Positions 9,967 through 19,898 of a stretch of DNA of 64,000 bases are shown piece by piece. The notes beneath the pieces are model-generated. The model did not search any database. It was given only the letters and a program-made list of their open reading frames with translations, and was not told the DNA's origin. This stretch comes from Thermodesulfobacteriota bacterium. GTDB lineage: Bacteria; Desulfobacterota; Desulfarculia; JACQYL01. The position numbers were made by a program, and so were the translations under genes. Position 1 is the stretch's first letter, and each line of letters begins with the position of its first letter. The stretch spans positions 256,001 to 320,000 of the forward strand of contig CAXXLZ010000001.1 in the NCBI GenBank assembly GCA_963675595.2. Reading direction: 5' to 3'.

Positions 9967-10755
9967 TTACCGCGAGAGGTTGGTCTTCTCCGCTGAAAAG
10001 GCCCAATCCCAGACTTCCTCCGCTTTGGGAAACCAGCCCCACCCGTGACGGCGGACGGCTTCCCAGGGGTAATATACCTTCTCCAATCGAATACGTTCGA
10101 AGCCGTTTTGGATCAGTTGTCGTCGGATTTCCTCCGGCCGGTAAACCTTCTGAAGAAGGAGGCCGTCCGGATCGTCCGCGTAAAGCCCGGCCACAGCGTC
10201 GAATCTGTGTTTTCGAACGTAATGGCCTTCGGTGGTTTCGTGCGCCTTGTCCTCGGACATGCCTTGATTCACCAAATCCTGAATGGATAGTTTCATCAGG
10301 TATTCGATGGTATCGGCGGAGGGAAGAACACCCATGAGACGTCCGCCCACGGCAACGGCGGCGGCTGTTTGGGCGAGCATCCGCCGGGCTTCCTCCGGCG
10401 AGGGCGGCACGATCGAGTTGACTGTAAGGCCCAAATCCACCCTCCCACACCATTGGGATAGGTCTCGTAGGTCTCCGGTCTCAAACAGGCAATAAGGGTG
10501 CAGCTCTCTTGCTTTTTTGAGCATTCCGCTACAGTTATCGAGGCCGATCACGGTCGCACGGGGAAATAACTCGCTCAGATGTTCGACGAGGTGTCCATGT
10601 CCGCAACCGAAATCGATGCACAGGTCGACCCGGGATGTTTCGACTTCCCTTAGAAAATCGTAAAAAGGATTAACAACCCCGGGAATCCATACGTTAAGCA
10701 TGCGATCAGTGTAGTTTTCCGCAAAATCGTCCCAAATCGTTTCCGTGACGCCCAC
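9967..10755 (-). CDS. Class I SAM-dependent methyltransferase
   Basis: IDFGCGHG motif I, VIGLDNCSGML, GDLRDL. Confidence 0.85.
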   Translation of the reverse strand: MGVTETIWDDFAENYTDRMLNVWIPGVVNPFYDFLREVETSRVDLCIDFGCGHGHLVEHLSELFPRATVIGLDNCSGMLKKARELHPYCLFETGDLRDLSQWCGRVDLGLTVNSIVPPSPEEARRMLAQTAAAVAVGGRLMGVLPSADTIEYLMKLSIQDLVNQGMSEDKAHETTEGHYVRKHRFDAVAGLYADDPDGLLLQKVYRPEEIRRQLIQNGFERIRLEKVYYPWEAVRRHGWGWFPKAEEVWDWAFSAEKTNLSR

Positions 10756-11158
10756 CTCCGTCGATCTTCATCGGATACCGCCGAACCGTTACATCATTAC
10801 AGAAAAAGAGCTATGATATACCGGTTTCGGCCCTTCGGAAAGACTTCCGGCGCGCTCAAAGTCGTGGAATACGCCTGTGGATCTTCGGGAAGTGCTTGGA
10901 GAACACGGAGTACGTCATTGAGAGCGAAAGTTCCGGCTTTCGTCAAACCTTCGGGAAACCGATCGCGAAACCGGGATGGTTGCGATACTATCTGCAGACC
11001 GTGGCCGACGAAGCGACCATGGCATTTCCCCGCTCTTCGTTCATTAAGGGATTGCCGAGGATTTCGCCATACGTGGGCGATTGCCGAGCCGCACCGCTTC
11101 CTTGGAGACACAGCAAAGGGAGCGGAGAGAGAAGGCTCTTGAAACGATATCGGTGTGA

Positions 11159-13732
11159 ATGGAGGTAATTTCTCGGATGAACAGGAGAGTGATCCGCATC
11201 CTCGGACCCTTGTTCGGTCTTCTGCTTTTCTCAACGGCTCTCTGGGTTCTCCATCACCAGCTCAAGGCGTTTCACGTTCACAACATTGTTCACAGCCTGC
11301 ACGCCCTGTCCGGCCGGTCCCTCTTTTTCTCCGTTTCGTTGACCATCGTCGGCTACCTGATTATGACCGGGTACGACACCCTCGCTTTGCGCTACATACG
11401 TCACTCCCTTTCCTATTCGAAAATCGCTTTGGCCTCGTTCATCGGTTACGCATTCAGTAACAACATCGGCCTTTCGATGATTGCCGGAGCCTCCGTGCGT
11501 TATCGCCTTTACTCCTCATGGGGGTTGACGGCTCTTGAAATCACTCGAATTGTGGCTTTTTGTACGGTGACTTTGTGGCTTGGGTTCTTCGCCGTGGAGG
11601 CCATAGTCTTTCTTGCGGATCCCCCCGCACTTTCCGCCGCCCTTCGGCTGCCCTTCACCTCGGTTCGTTTATTCGGGATGTTTTGCACGGCGCTGGTGCT
11701 CGGTGTTTTTGCGGCGAGCTTTGTGGTGAGAAGACCGTTCAAAGTGAAGGGGTGGGAGCTGTCCCTTCCGTCTCCCGGCCTTTTATTCGCCCAGGTGTGC
11801 GTTGCTTCGTTGGATTGGGCTTTGGCCGGGGCCGTATTGTATTCGCTTCTGCCTTCGATTTCCGGCTTCACCTACGCGCAATTTATCGGGTTGTTTCTCC
11901 TGGCGCAGCTCATGGGACTTCTGAGTCAGGTCCCAGGTGGCCTCGGTGTTTTCGATACGGCAATGGTCATGCTTCTTTCCCCGCATCTTCCCGCGTCGGA
12001 GACCGTGGGGTCCCTGCTGGCCTATCGGGTGATCTACTACATCATCCCTTTGCTGTGGGCGACTCTCCTGTTGGGGGTCCATGAAATCCTGCAGAAGAAG
12101 GAGTCGATCCGCAAAGCCGTTCATGCCATAGGACGCCGGGGTTCCGCCGTGATACCGCAGGTCATGGCCCTGAGCACGTTCGTCGGGGGTGCGGTGCTGC
12201 TTTTCTCCGGGGCCACGCCCGCGGTGGACGGCCGTCTCAGGTGGCTCAACGACGTCATTCCGCTCCCGATTCTGGAGCTTTCTCACTTCCTCGGAAGTCT
12301 TGTGGGCGGTGCCTTGCTCCTGCTGGCCAGGGGGCTTCAGCGTAGACTGGACGCCGCCTATGTGCTTACGGCGCTTCTTCTTGCCGCCGGAATCGTTCTC
12401 TCTTTGTTGAAGGGATTGGACTACGAGGAGGCGATCGTCCTATCCGTCATGTTGTTGGGCCTACTTCCTTGCCGCCGGTATTTCTATAGGTCGGCCTCTT
12501 TGTTTCGAGTCGGCTTTTCACCGGCCTGGATCGTCGGGATTGTCGGCGTACTCCTCAGCTCCGTGTGGTTGGGCTTCTTCTGTTATAAGCATGTGGAGTA
12601 CAGCAATGATCTCTGGTGGCGTTTTACCCTCTTTGGAAATGCGTCGCGTTTTCTCAGGGCCGGTGTCGGCGTCATGGCCGTGGTCGTATTCTGGGGTACG
12701 GCCAGAATATTGAGCCCGGCACCGCCCAGGGCTTCCGGTTTCGGAGAAGAGGAACCGGGTTCGGTGAGTGAGGTGGTTCGGAATTGCTCGGACGGCTATG
12801 CTTATCTTGCCCTGCTTGGGGACAAATCATTTCTGTGGAGTGAGAGCCGTAATGCTTTCATAATGTATGGAGTCGAAGGCAGAAGCTGGGTTTCCATGGG
12901 GAATCCCGTAGGTCCGCCGGAAGAGTGGCCCGAGCTGATCTGGGAATTCCGCAGAATGGTCGATCGATTCGCGGGGTGGGCTGCCTTTTACGAAGTGAGC
13001 ACCGAAAGGCTCCACTTGTACTTGGACGTGGGGTTGTCCCTCATCAAATTGGGAGAAGAAGCCCGAGTCTCTCTGGAAGGCTTTTCACTGGAGGGAAGCG
13101 CGCGCAAGGGCTTGCGATACGCGGTCCACAAGGTGGAAAGAGAAGGGTGCGTCTTTGAGATTGTCTCTGAAGAGGACGTTGCCTCCATACTTCCTGAACT
13201 CGAGGGAGTTTCCAGTGCCTGGTTAATGGAAAAGAACACCGGAGAGAAGGGATTCTCACTCGGTTTCTTCAACCCGGAGTATTTGAAGCAACTTCCCGTG
13301 GCCGTTGTCCGCCAAGACGGGAAGATAACGGCGTTCGCCAACGTCTGGCCCGGAGGAACGAAGGAGGAGCTGTCCGTTGATCTGATGCGCTACACGCCCG
13401 AAGCTCCCCGTGGAGTGATGGATTATCTGTTCTCTCATCTCATGTTGTGGGGAAAAGCCGAAGGCTACCAATGGTTCAATCTGGGCATGGCGCCCTTGTC
13501 CGGTCTGATTGAAAACGGCCCGGCTCCCTTTTGGAGCCGTGTTGGAGCATACGTATTTCGACACGGGGAGCACTTCTACAATTTTCAGGGCCTACGGCAG
13601 TACAAAGAGAAGTTCGATCCCGTTTGGAGGCCGAAATATCTGGCCTGCCCGGGCGGACCGGCGGTCCCGAGAATTCTGATCAACATTGCGGCCCTCGTTT
13701 CCGGGGGATTGAAGGAGGTTGTCGCCAAATAA
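11159..13732 (+). CDS. mprF: Bifunctional aminoacyl-phosphatidylglycerol flippase/synthase MprF
   Basis: Multi-TM N-terminus (SQVPGGLGVF, LLAYRVIYY); C-terminal VDLMRY, FNLGMAPLSG, FYNFQGLRQYKEKF. Confidence 0.92.
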   Translation: MEVISRMNRRVIRILGPLFGLLLFSTALWVLHHQLKAFHVHNIVHSLHALSGRSLFFSVSLTIVGYLIMTGYDTLALRYIRHSLSYSKIALASFIGYAFSNNIGLSMIAGASVRYRLYSSWGLTALEITRIVAFCTVTLWLGFFAVEAIVFLADPPALSAALRLPFTSVRLFGMFCTALVLGVFAASFVVRRPFKVKGWELSLPSPGLLFAQVCVASLDWALAGAVLYSLLPSISGFTYAQFIGLFLLAQLMGLLSQVPGGLGVFDTAMVMLLSPHLPASETVGSLLAYRVIYYIIPLLWATLLLGVHEILQKKESIRKAVHAIGRRGSAVIPQVMALSTFVGGAVLLFSGATPAVDGRLRWLNDVIPLPILELSHFLGSLVGGALLLLARGLQRRLDAAYVLTALLLAAGIVLSLLKGLDYEEAIVLSVMLLGLLPCRRYFYRSASLFRVGFSPAWIVGIVGVLLSSVWLGFFCYKHVEYSNDLWWRFTLFGNASRFLRAGVGVMAVVVFWGTARILSPAPPRASGFGEEEPGSVSEVVRNCSDGYAYLALLGDKSFLWSESRNAFIMYGVEGRSWVSMGNPVGPPEEWPELIWEFRRMVDRFAGWAAFYEVSTERLHLYLDVGLSLIKLGEEARVSLEGFSLEGSARKGLRYAVHKVEREGCVFEIVSEEDVASILPELEGVSSAWLMEKNTGEKGFSLGFFNPEYLKQLPVAVVRQDGKITAFANVWPGGTKEELSVDLMRYTPEAPRGVMDYLFSHLMLWGKAEGYQWFNLGMAPLSGLIENGPAPFWSRVGAYVFRHGEHFYNFQGLRQYKEKFDPVWRPKYLACPGGPAVPRILINIAALVSGGLKEVVAK

Positions 13733-13824
13733 AGGTCGCTCCGTTCTTACGAATCCACGCCGCCCGATACCGGAAAGCGGTGTTTCCATGAAAGCTTCCT
13801 TAAAGCGAAGTCTTTGAATAAGGA

Positions 13825-16353
13825 GTGAGAATGACCATTCCCTACTATTACCTGATTCCCCCTCTTCCGGAAGGGATGGAAGGATTGGCCGAGGTTGCGT
13901 TGGACCTCCGGTGGTCTTGGAGTCACGAGACGGACCTGCTCTGGGAGCGTATCGACTCCGAGCTGTGGGAGCTTACCCGGAACCCATGGCTTATTCTGCA
14001 ATCCGTTTCCTATGCTCGTCTCGAAACCCTGGCCGCGGACCCGGTTTTTCGAGATCAGCTGAACACATGTCTTGAAGGACACCACAAATACTCGGGAGAA
14101 GAAAGTTGGTATTCCCGGAGTCGTCTCCCGTCGCAGTTGAGTGTGGCCTATTTCAGCATGGAATTCGGTTTGAGCGAGGCTTTGCCCATCTATTCCGGAG
14201 GGTTGGGAATTCTGGCGGGAGACCACCTGAAGGCATCGAGTGATCTGGGCGTGCCCATTGTGGGGATCGGCCTGCTCTACCAGCAGGGCTACTTTCGACA
14301 GGTCATTGATGCCGCCGGGGCTCAGGTGGAATTCAACCCTTACAATGATCCGGCCCAACTTCCGATCCTCCCGGTGCGTGATTCCGACGGAGAATGGGTG
14401 CGAATCGTGCTTCCTTTCCCGGGGCGCCACGTCGTGCTTCGCGCATGGGTGGCCAAAGTCGGGCGCGTAAAGCTTTATCTTCTCGACAGCAACGACCCCA
14501 CCAACAGCCCCTCGGATCAGTGCATAACCACGGAACTCTACGGCGGCGGGCCGGAACTTCGACTTCAACAGGAAATCGCTTTGGGCATTGGCGGTTGGCA
14601 GCTGTTGCGGACCCTCGGGATCCATGCCGGGGTGTGCCATCTGAACGAGGGCCACGCCGCACTGAGCGTCCTTGAAAGAGCTCGCTCCTTCATGGACGAT
14701 GCGGGCCGGCCTTTTGGCGTGGCGTTGACCGCGACGAGGGCCGGGAACGTCTTTACCTCCCACACTCCGGTGGACGCCGGTTTCGATCGGTTCCCTCCCA
14801 ATCTGATTGGAAAGTATCTGGGTGTCTATGCCGACGAACTGGGAATAGGGTTGGACGGTCTCCTCTCTTTGGGGCGAGTCGACCCGGAAAATTCCGCGGA
14901 ACCCTTCAACATGGCCTACCTCGCCTTCCGAGGTTCGGGAAGCGTGAACGGGGTCAGCAAACTGCACGGAACCGTGAGCCGACGAATTTTTCAAAATCTC
15001 TTCCCTCGATGGCCCCAGTCCGAAATTCCGGTTACACACGTTACGAACGGCGTCCATACGCCGTCGTGGGAATCGGCCGGCGCGGATGAACTCTGGCACG
15101 AGGCGTGCGGCAGGGACCGTTGGAAGGGGACCATGAGCAAGATGGAGGACGACCTTAGGCGGGTTCCGGACGAGACGCTCTGGGCGTTTCGTAATGAAGC
15201 TCGTCGTGGGCTCGTGGCGTATGCGGGGAAGCGGCTCACTCGGCAGCTGGAGGCCGCCGGCGCTTCCGGGAAAGAGACGGCGGAATCGGTGAAGGGGCTC
15301 GATCCCGGCATATTCACCATGGGGTTCGCTCGACGATTCGCCCCCTACAAAAGACCTGATCTGTTGCTGCACGATCCGGATCGTTTGGCCCGTCTACTCG
15401 GGAACGACCGACGGCCCGCTCAACTTATCATCGCCGGAAAAGCCCACCCTAAAGATGCGTTCGGTAAGGCACTGATTCAGGCATGGTCGGACTATATCCG
15501 GCGACCGGACGTAGGCGGAAGAGTGGTTTTTCTGTCGGATTACGATATGTCGTTGGCGGAGCGTCTTGTACAGGGCGTCGATCTTTGGATCAACACGCCG
15601 CGCAGGCCGTGGGAGGCCAGCGGCACGAGCGGAATGAAGGTTTTGGTCAACGGCGGTCTCAACCTTTCGGAACTGGACGGGTGGTGGGCGGAGGCTTACG
15701 GAGCGGAGGTCGGATGGGCCCTGGGCGACGGCCTTGAGCATGATGAAGATCGGGAGTGGGACGCCAGGGAAGCGGAAGACCTCTACCGTATTTTAGAGGA
15801 GGAAGTGATCCCCGCATTCTATGATCGGGATGCAGGCGGGATTCCCAAGCGTTGGACGGCGCGTATGCGGGCCAGTATGGCGGTACTCACGCCGCGATTC
15901 AGCGCCAATCGCATGGTTCGGGAATATGTGGAACGGCTGTACATACCGGCGGACTCCGCTTGGCGCAATCGGATCGCGGACGGCGCGCGCACGGCGCTCC
16001 AGATGGTACGATGGCTGGACGCACTGGAGAAGAACCGGCGTCAAGTGAAGTTCGGCGACCTTCGGATCGAGGAACAGGATGGGCATTTTGCCTTCACGGT
16101 GCCCGTGGATCTGGGAGAGTTGGAGCCGGAGGCGGTCCGGGTTCAGCTCTACGCGGATGCCCGAGAGGGGGAAGAACCGGCGGTCCACACCATGCTTCAG
16201 GGGGATGCGGTCCCGGACGCCCCCGGAGGTTATGTCTACACTGCGCGGATTCCCGCAACCCGGCCGGCGGAGGACTATACGCCGCGCATCATTCCGGCCT
16301 TTGACGGTGCTTCTGTCCCTATCGAAGCCGATTGGATTCAGTGGTACCGGTGA
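13825..16353 (+). CDS. glgP: Alpha-glucan (glycogen/maltodextrin) phosphorylase
   Basis: AYFSMEFG, YSGGLGILAGD, HLNEGH, FARRFAPYKR and the PLP-site motif EASGTSGMK. Confidence 0.95.
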   Translation: MRMTIPYYYLIPPLPEGMEGLAEVALDLRWSWSHETDLLWERIDSELWELTRNPWLILQSVSYARLETLAADPVFRDQLNTCLEGHHKYSGEESWYSRSRLPSQLSVAYFSMEFGLSEALPIYSGGLGILAGDHLKASSDLGVPIVGIGLLYQQGYFRQVIDAAGAQVEFNPYNDPAQLPILPVRDSDGEWVRIVLPFPGRHVVLRAWVAKVGRVKLYLLDSNDPTNSPSDQCITTELYGGGPELRLQQEIALGIGGWQLLRTLGIHAGVCHLNEGHAALSVLERARSFMDDAGRPFGVALTATRAGNVFTSHTPVDAGFDRFPPNLIGKYLGVYADELGIGLDGLLSLGRVDPENSAEPFNMAYLAFRGSGSVNGVSKLHGTVSRRIFQNLFPRWPQSEIPVTHVTNGVHTPSWESAGADELWHEACGRDRWKGTMSKMEDDLRRVPDETLWAFRNEARRGLVAYAGKRLTRQLEAAGASGKETAESVKGLDPGIFTMGFARRFAPYKRPDLLLHDPDRLARLLGNDRRPAQLIIAGKAHPKDAFGKALIQAWSDYIRRPDVGGRVVFLSDYDMSLAERLVQGVDLWINTPRRPWEASGTSGMKVLVNGGLNLSELDGWWAEAYGAEVGWALGDGLEHDEDREWDAREAEDLYRILEEEVIPAFYDRDAGGIPKRWTARMRASMAVLTPRFSANRMVREYVERLYIPADSAWRNRIADGARTALQMVRWLDALEKNRRQVKFGDLRIEEQDGHFAFTVPVDLGELEPEAVRVQLYADAREGEEPAVHTMLQGDAVPDAPGGYVYTARIPATRPAEDYTPRIIPAFDGASVPIEADWIQWYR

Positions 16354-16583
16354 GTGATTTCAGGCTCCGTTAAGAAAGTCCGGTGCGAACGAGATAAGCG
16401 GGCGGCGAGTGAGGTACGCAGGAGAGGGAGCCGTCTCCGACAACAACAATGAGCGTCTGACTTTGATTGTCCAATCAACGCTCGGTGATATGTGCCGACC
16501 AATCGATCTGATTGCTCCGCCGACGAACTGCGGCAACGAGCTTCCAGTCGACTTAGGAGCGACCGAAAGAGGAGGAAATCCAC

Positions 16584-17558
16584 ATGGCTTCGTCCGGTGG
16601 TAGAGTCGTCGATACGATTCCAGGGATCACCTTGGGACACGCACAGGATCTGCAGGCAGGCACGGGGTGCACGGTGATTCTCACGCCTCAAGGCGCGGTA
16701 TGCGGGGTGGATCAACGAGGCGGGGCACCGGCCACACGTGAGACGGATTTGTTACGTCCCATGCACTTGGTGGACAAGGTGCACGGAGTGCTGCTCGCAG
16801 GAGGAAGTACTTTCGGATTAGCCGCGGCGGACGGCGTGGTCCGGTGGTTGGAGGAGCGAAGCGTCGGATTCGACGTGGGAGTGGCCAAGGTCCCCATCGT
16901 TCCAGCCGCCGCCCTGTTCGATCTGGCGTTCGGTCGCGCGGACGTTCGACCCGATGCGGCCATGGGCTATGCCGCCTGTGATGCGGCCTCCGACGACCTG
17001 ACGACGGCTGGGGGAAACGTGGGTGCCGGTACGGGCGCCACCGTGGGGCATGTGCTCGGACCCCAGGGGATCATGAAGGGGGGATTGGGCTCCGCCGTGA
17101 TCGAGGTAGCGCCCGGGATGCGGATCGGCGCCGTGTTCGCCGTGAACTGCTTTGGAGACGTCGTCGATCCCAAAACGGGCAGGACGCTGGCCGGAGCGCG
17201 AAAAACTCCGGAAGGCGGTTTCGTGGACCCATTGGCGGAACTGGCGAAGAGGCCCGCCGGTTTTGCCGAGTCGGTGCGCAACACGGTCATCGGGGCCGTG
17301 TTCACCAATGCCGTTTTGTCCAAGGAGGCGGCACTCAAGGTGGCTCAGATGGCGCACAACGGCTTGGCCCGCACCATCATTCCCGCGCATACCATGTATG
17401 ACGGCGACACGATTTTTGCTTTGGCCACCGGAATGGGTGAACCTGCGGACGTCAACGTGGTCGGCGCGTACGCGGCTGAAGCGACGGCGCGAGCCGTTGT
17501 GGACGCGATCGGTCGGGCGGCTTCTCTGCACGGTGTGCCGGGTTTACCAGACCGTTGA
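16584..17558 (+). CDS. P1 family peptidase (DmpA/peptidase S58)
   Basis: GVDQRGGAPATRET, GNVGAGTGA, NTVIG, AHTMYDGDTIF. Confidence 0.9.
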   Translation: MASSGGRVVDTIPGITLGHAQDLQAGTGCTVILTPQGAVCGVDQRGGAPATRETDLLRPMHLVDKVHGVLLAGGSTFGLAAADGVVRWLEERSVGFDVGVAKVPIVPAAALFDLAFGRADVRPDAAMGYAACDAASDDLTTAGGNVGAGTGATVGHVLGPQGIMKGGLGSAVIEVAPGMRIGAVFAVNCFGDVVDPKTGRTLAGARKTPEGGFVDPLAELAKRPAGFAESVRNTVIGAVFTNAVLSKEAALKVAQMAHNGLARTIIPAHTMYDGDTIFALATGMGEPADVNVVGAYAAEATARAVVDAIGRAASLHGVPGLPDR

Positions 17559-17671
17559 AAAACGCGATGTGCTGCGTTGCGCCTCATCCCTCGTCACTGC
17601 GACGTACTTCTATATACGCCTCATTTCTCAGGATTTACGCGCCTTGCATCTCATCGTTTTTCAACAATCTG
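17548..17671. mobile_element. MITE-like palindromic repeat, copy 1
   Basis: Terminal inverted repeats CAGACCGTTGAAAAACG / CGTTTTTCAACAATCTG; similar to 53475-53593. Confidence 0.7.
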
Positions 17672-17765
17672 CAAGAATCCGACTTTTTCAGCAGGTTGTT
17701 ACGGGGTCCGGCCGGATGACGCCGGAGTTCTACCGCGTTCATTCACGGGAGCGGAGGAAACAGGA

Positions 17766-19787
17766 TCATTTGAAGTCGAAATGGAAGACTCCGTCCCATC
17801 CGGTTGGGGGAGGAGAAGACTCCAGAATTTCGCAACGGGCCGCATAGGTTCGACTCGGCCCATCAGTCGGGTCCAGGGCCAAGGCTTGTTGAAAGCACCG
17901 GCGAGCTTCGGTCCAACGTAATTCTCGGTATAGCTTCAGACCTTGCGCGAACCGTTCATTGACCTTCATCCCTCGGTCATCCAAGCCGCCTTTGACCGCC
18001 TGCAATTCGAATACGGTCGCCGCCTCCTTCTTGCCTTTCACGCGGATTCGATCGAGCTCCCGGAGCTCGAACCGTGCTTCCACGAGTCGGGCGGTATTCT
18101 CTCCGATGAGAATGCCCGTATCGTAAGCTTTGTTTGCCCCTTCGAGGCGTGACGCCAAGTTCACTTCGTTTCCCAACACGGTATAGTTGAAATAGCGTTT
18201 CCCCCCCACGTTTCCCGCCACCATGTTCCCGCTGTTGATGCCTATGCGGATGGAAAGTCTCGTCTCGAATTCGGAGTCCGCCGTCGCATTCCGAGCCGTG
18301 CGCCACATTTCCAGGGCCGCGGAGCAAGCCCGAAAGGCATGGTCCGGCTGGAAAATGGGGATGCCCCACAGCGCCATGAGTGCGTCCCCGATGAACTTGT
18401 CCACCATGCCGTCCCAAGAAAACACGATTTCGGAAAACGCGCCGAGATGGCGGTTGAGCACCCGGACCAGAAGATCGGGGGGCAGACGCTCCGACAGCCC
18501 GGTGAAACCCGCCACGTCGAGGAAGAGTACGGAGGCTCTCACGGTCTCTCCGCCGAGTCGCAGTCGTTCCGGGTGCTCCAGCAATCGGGTCACCACGGAG
18601 GGCGCCAGATACTTTGAAAAGGTGTTGCGGATGAAATTACGCTCTTCGCGGGTTTTCAGGTAGTGCAGAAAGGGACTCGCCAGAAACAGCGCGGTGAAGG
18701 GAGCAAAGAACCCGGAGGCGGGGACATGGTAAGAGGCGTGAGCGAACAGCATATAGCAGATGAACGCACCGGCGCCGCTTACGGCGAGCCAAAGAACAAC
18801 ACCGAAAGCGGGCCGAGTCTTATAAAACAGCCATCCGAGCAGCATGGCCGTGACTAGGCCCAACGGCAGGGCCCACTTGCGGGCAAGGCTGCGTATGGCA
18901 CGGTCTTGAAGGAAACCCGCAGCCGTTTGAGCATGGATTTCCACTCCGGACATATATCCGCCGTGGAACCGCGAGAACGGAACGGGAAAATCCTCCGGAC
19001 CTCGTGCCTCCCCGTCCGCCGCCGTTCCCGTAACCAGGCCCACCAGAACGATTTTGTCCTGAAAGGTTTCCGGCGGAAGGTGTTTCTCAGGCTCCAATGC
19101 TTGATAATAAGAGACCATGGGAACGGTTCGCGCGGGCCCGAGAAACGGGATGCCGATTTCCGATGTCTCCTGTGCGGGCCGGTCCACGGCCTTCCCTCCG
19201 GCACCGGATTCCCAGTAAAGCGCGACCGCCGCCGTAGCCAAGGCCGGCAGGCCTCCGGCGAAGCGTTTGAATCTTCGGACGAACCCGTCCGGGTCCACCG
19301 GGAAGTTCACCACGGCGGAGACCGTGTGTTCTCCCCGCAGGGAGGGAAGGGCTTCCACCAGGATTTCCTGAACGAAACGTCGTTCTTGGACCACGTGGAG
19401 GTCGGCCGCCAGTATGACCGGTTCGTGCCGAGCCAAGGCTTCGGCGAGAAGCCGGTCCTGTTCCGGATCCGATGGTTCGGCGAACACCAGGTCGAAGGCC
19501 ACGACGCGGGCCCCGCATTGAAACAGGGAATCGATGAGTCGTGCATGAAGGCCTCTGGGCCAGGGCCATCTTTGATTCAGCACGCCGAAAGAGGGTTCGT
19601 CCACGGCCACGATGACGATCTCTTCGGGTGGTTGGACGGGACCTCTCATTTCGAAGAGGCAATCGTAGGCGAGCCGGTCCAGCGTTGCGCCCCAAGGGGA
19701 AAGACAAAACCCGATGGAAATCGATAAGGCCAAGACGGGGATGAGGATCGAGAGAAATCTGTTTTTGTTTTCGTCCGGCTTGGTCAC
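17766..19787 (-). CDS. CHASE2-domain class III adenylate/guanylate cyclase
   Basis: CHASE2 motifs IVIVAVDE, RWPWPR, GVEIHA; three TMs; cyclase motifs LFLDVAGFT, DKFIGDALM, YTVLGNEVNLASRLEG; TPR-like tail. Confidence 0.93.
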   Translation of the reverse strand: MTKPDENKNRFLSILIPVLALSISIGFCLSPWGATLDRLAYDCLFEMRGPVQPPEEIVIVAVDEPSFGVLNQRWPWPRGLHARLIDSLFQCGARVVAFDLVFAEPSDPEQDRLLAEALARHEPVILAADLHVVQERRFVQEILVEALPSLRGEHTVSAVVNFPVDPDGFVRRFKRFAGGLPALATAAVALYWESGAGGKAVDRPAQETSEIGIPFLGPARTVPMVSYYQALEPEKHLPPETFQDKIVLVGLVTGTAADGEARGPEDFPVPFSRFHGGYMSGVEIHAQTAAGFLQDRAIRSLARKWALPLGLVTAMLLGWLFYKTRPAFGVVLWLAVSGAGAFICYMLFAHASYHVPASGFFAPFTALFLASPFLHYLKTREERNFIRNTFSKYLAPSVVTRLLEHPERLRLGGETVRASVLFLDVAGFTGLSERLPPDLLVRVLNRHLGAFSEIVFSWDGMVDKFIGDALMALWGIPIFQPDHAFRACSAALEMWRTARNATADSEFETRLSIRIGINSGNMVAGNVGGKRYFNYTVLGNEVNLASRLEGANKAYDTGILIGENTARLVEARFELRELDRIRVKGKKEAATVFELQAVKGGLDDRGMKVNERFAQGLKLYRELRWTEARRCFQQALALDPTDGPSRTYAARCEILESSPPPTGWDGVFHFDFK

Positions 19788-19898
19788 CGATACTCCTCAA
19801 ATGCGCACTGATCCATCACCGCGATCCTTGGGCGATGGGCTTCCGCAGTTTCCCGATCAATATTAAGGGAGAGTGCTTCCGTACCGGGTTCCGGGGTG

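Noticed and set aside
13747-15372. 541-aa antisense ORF in glgP (similar cases in parA, the acylase and the hydantoinase-like gene)
   Set aside because: Overlaps a well-supported gene on the opposite strand.
16360-16440. Possible degenerate third MITE copy after glgP
   Set aside because: Similarity is too faint by eye and there are no terminal inverted repeats.
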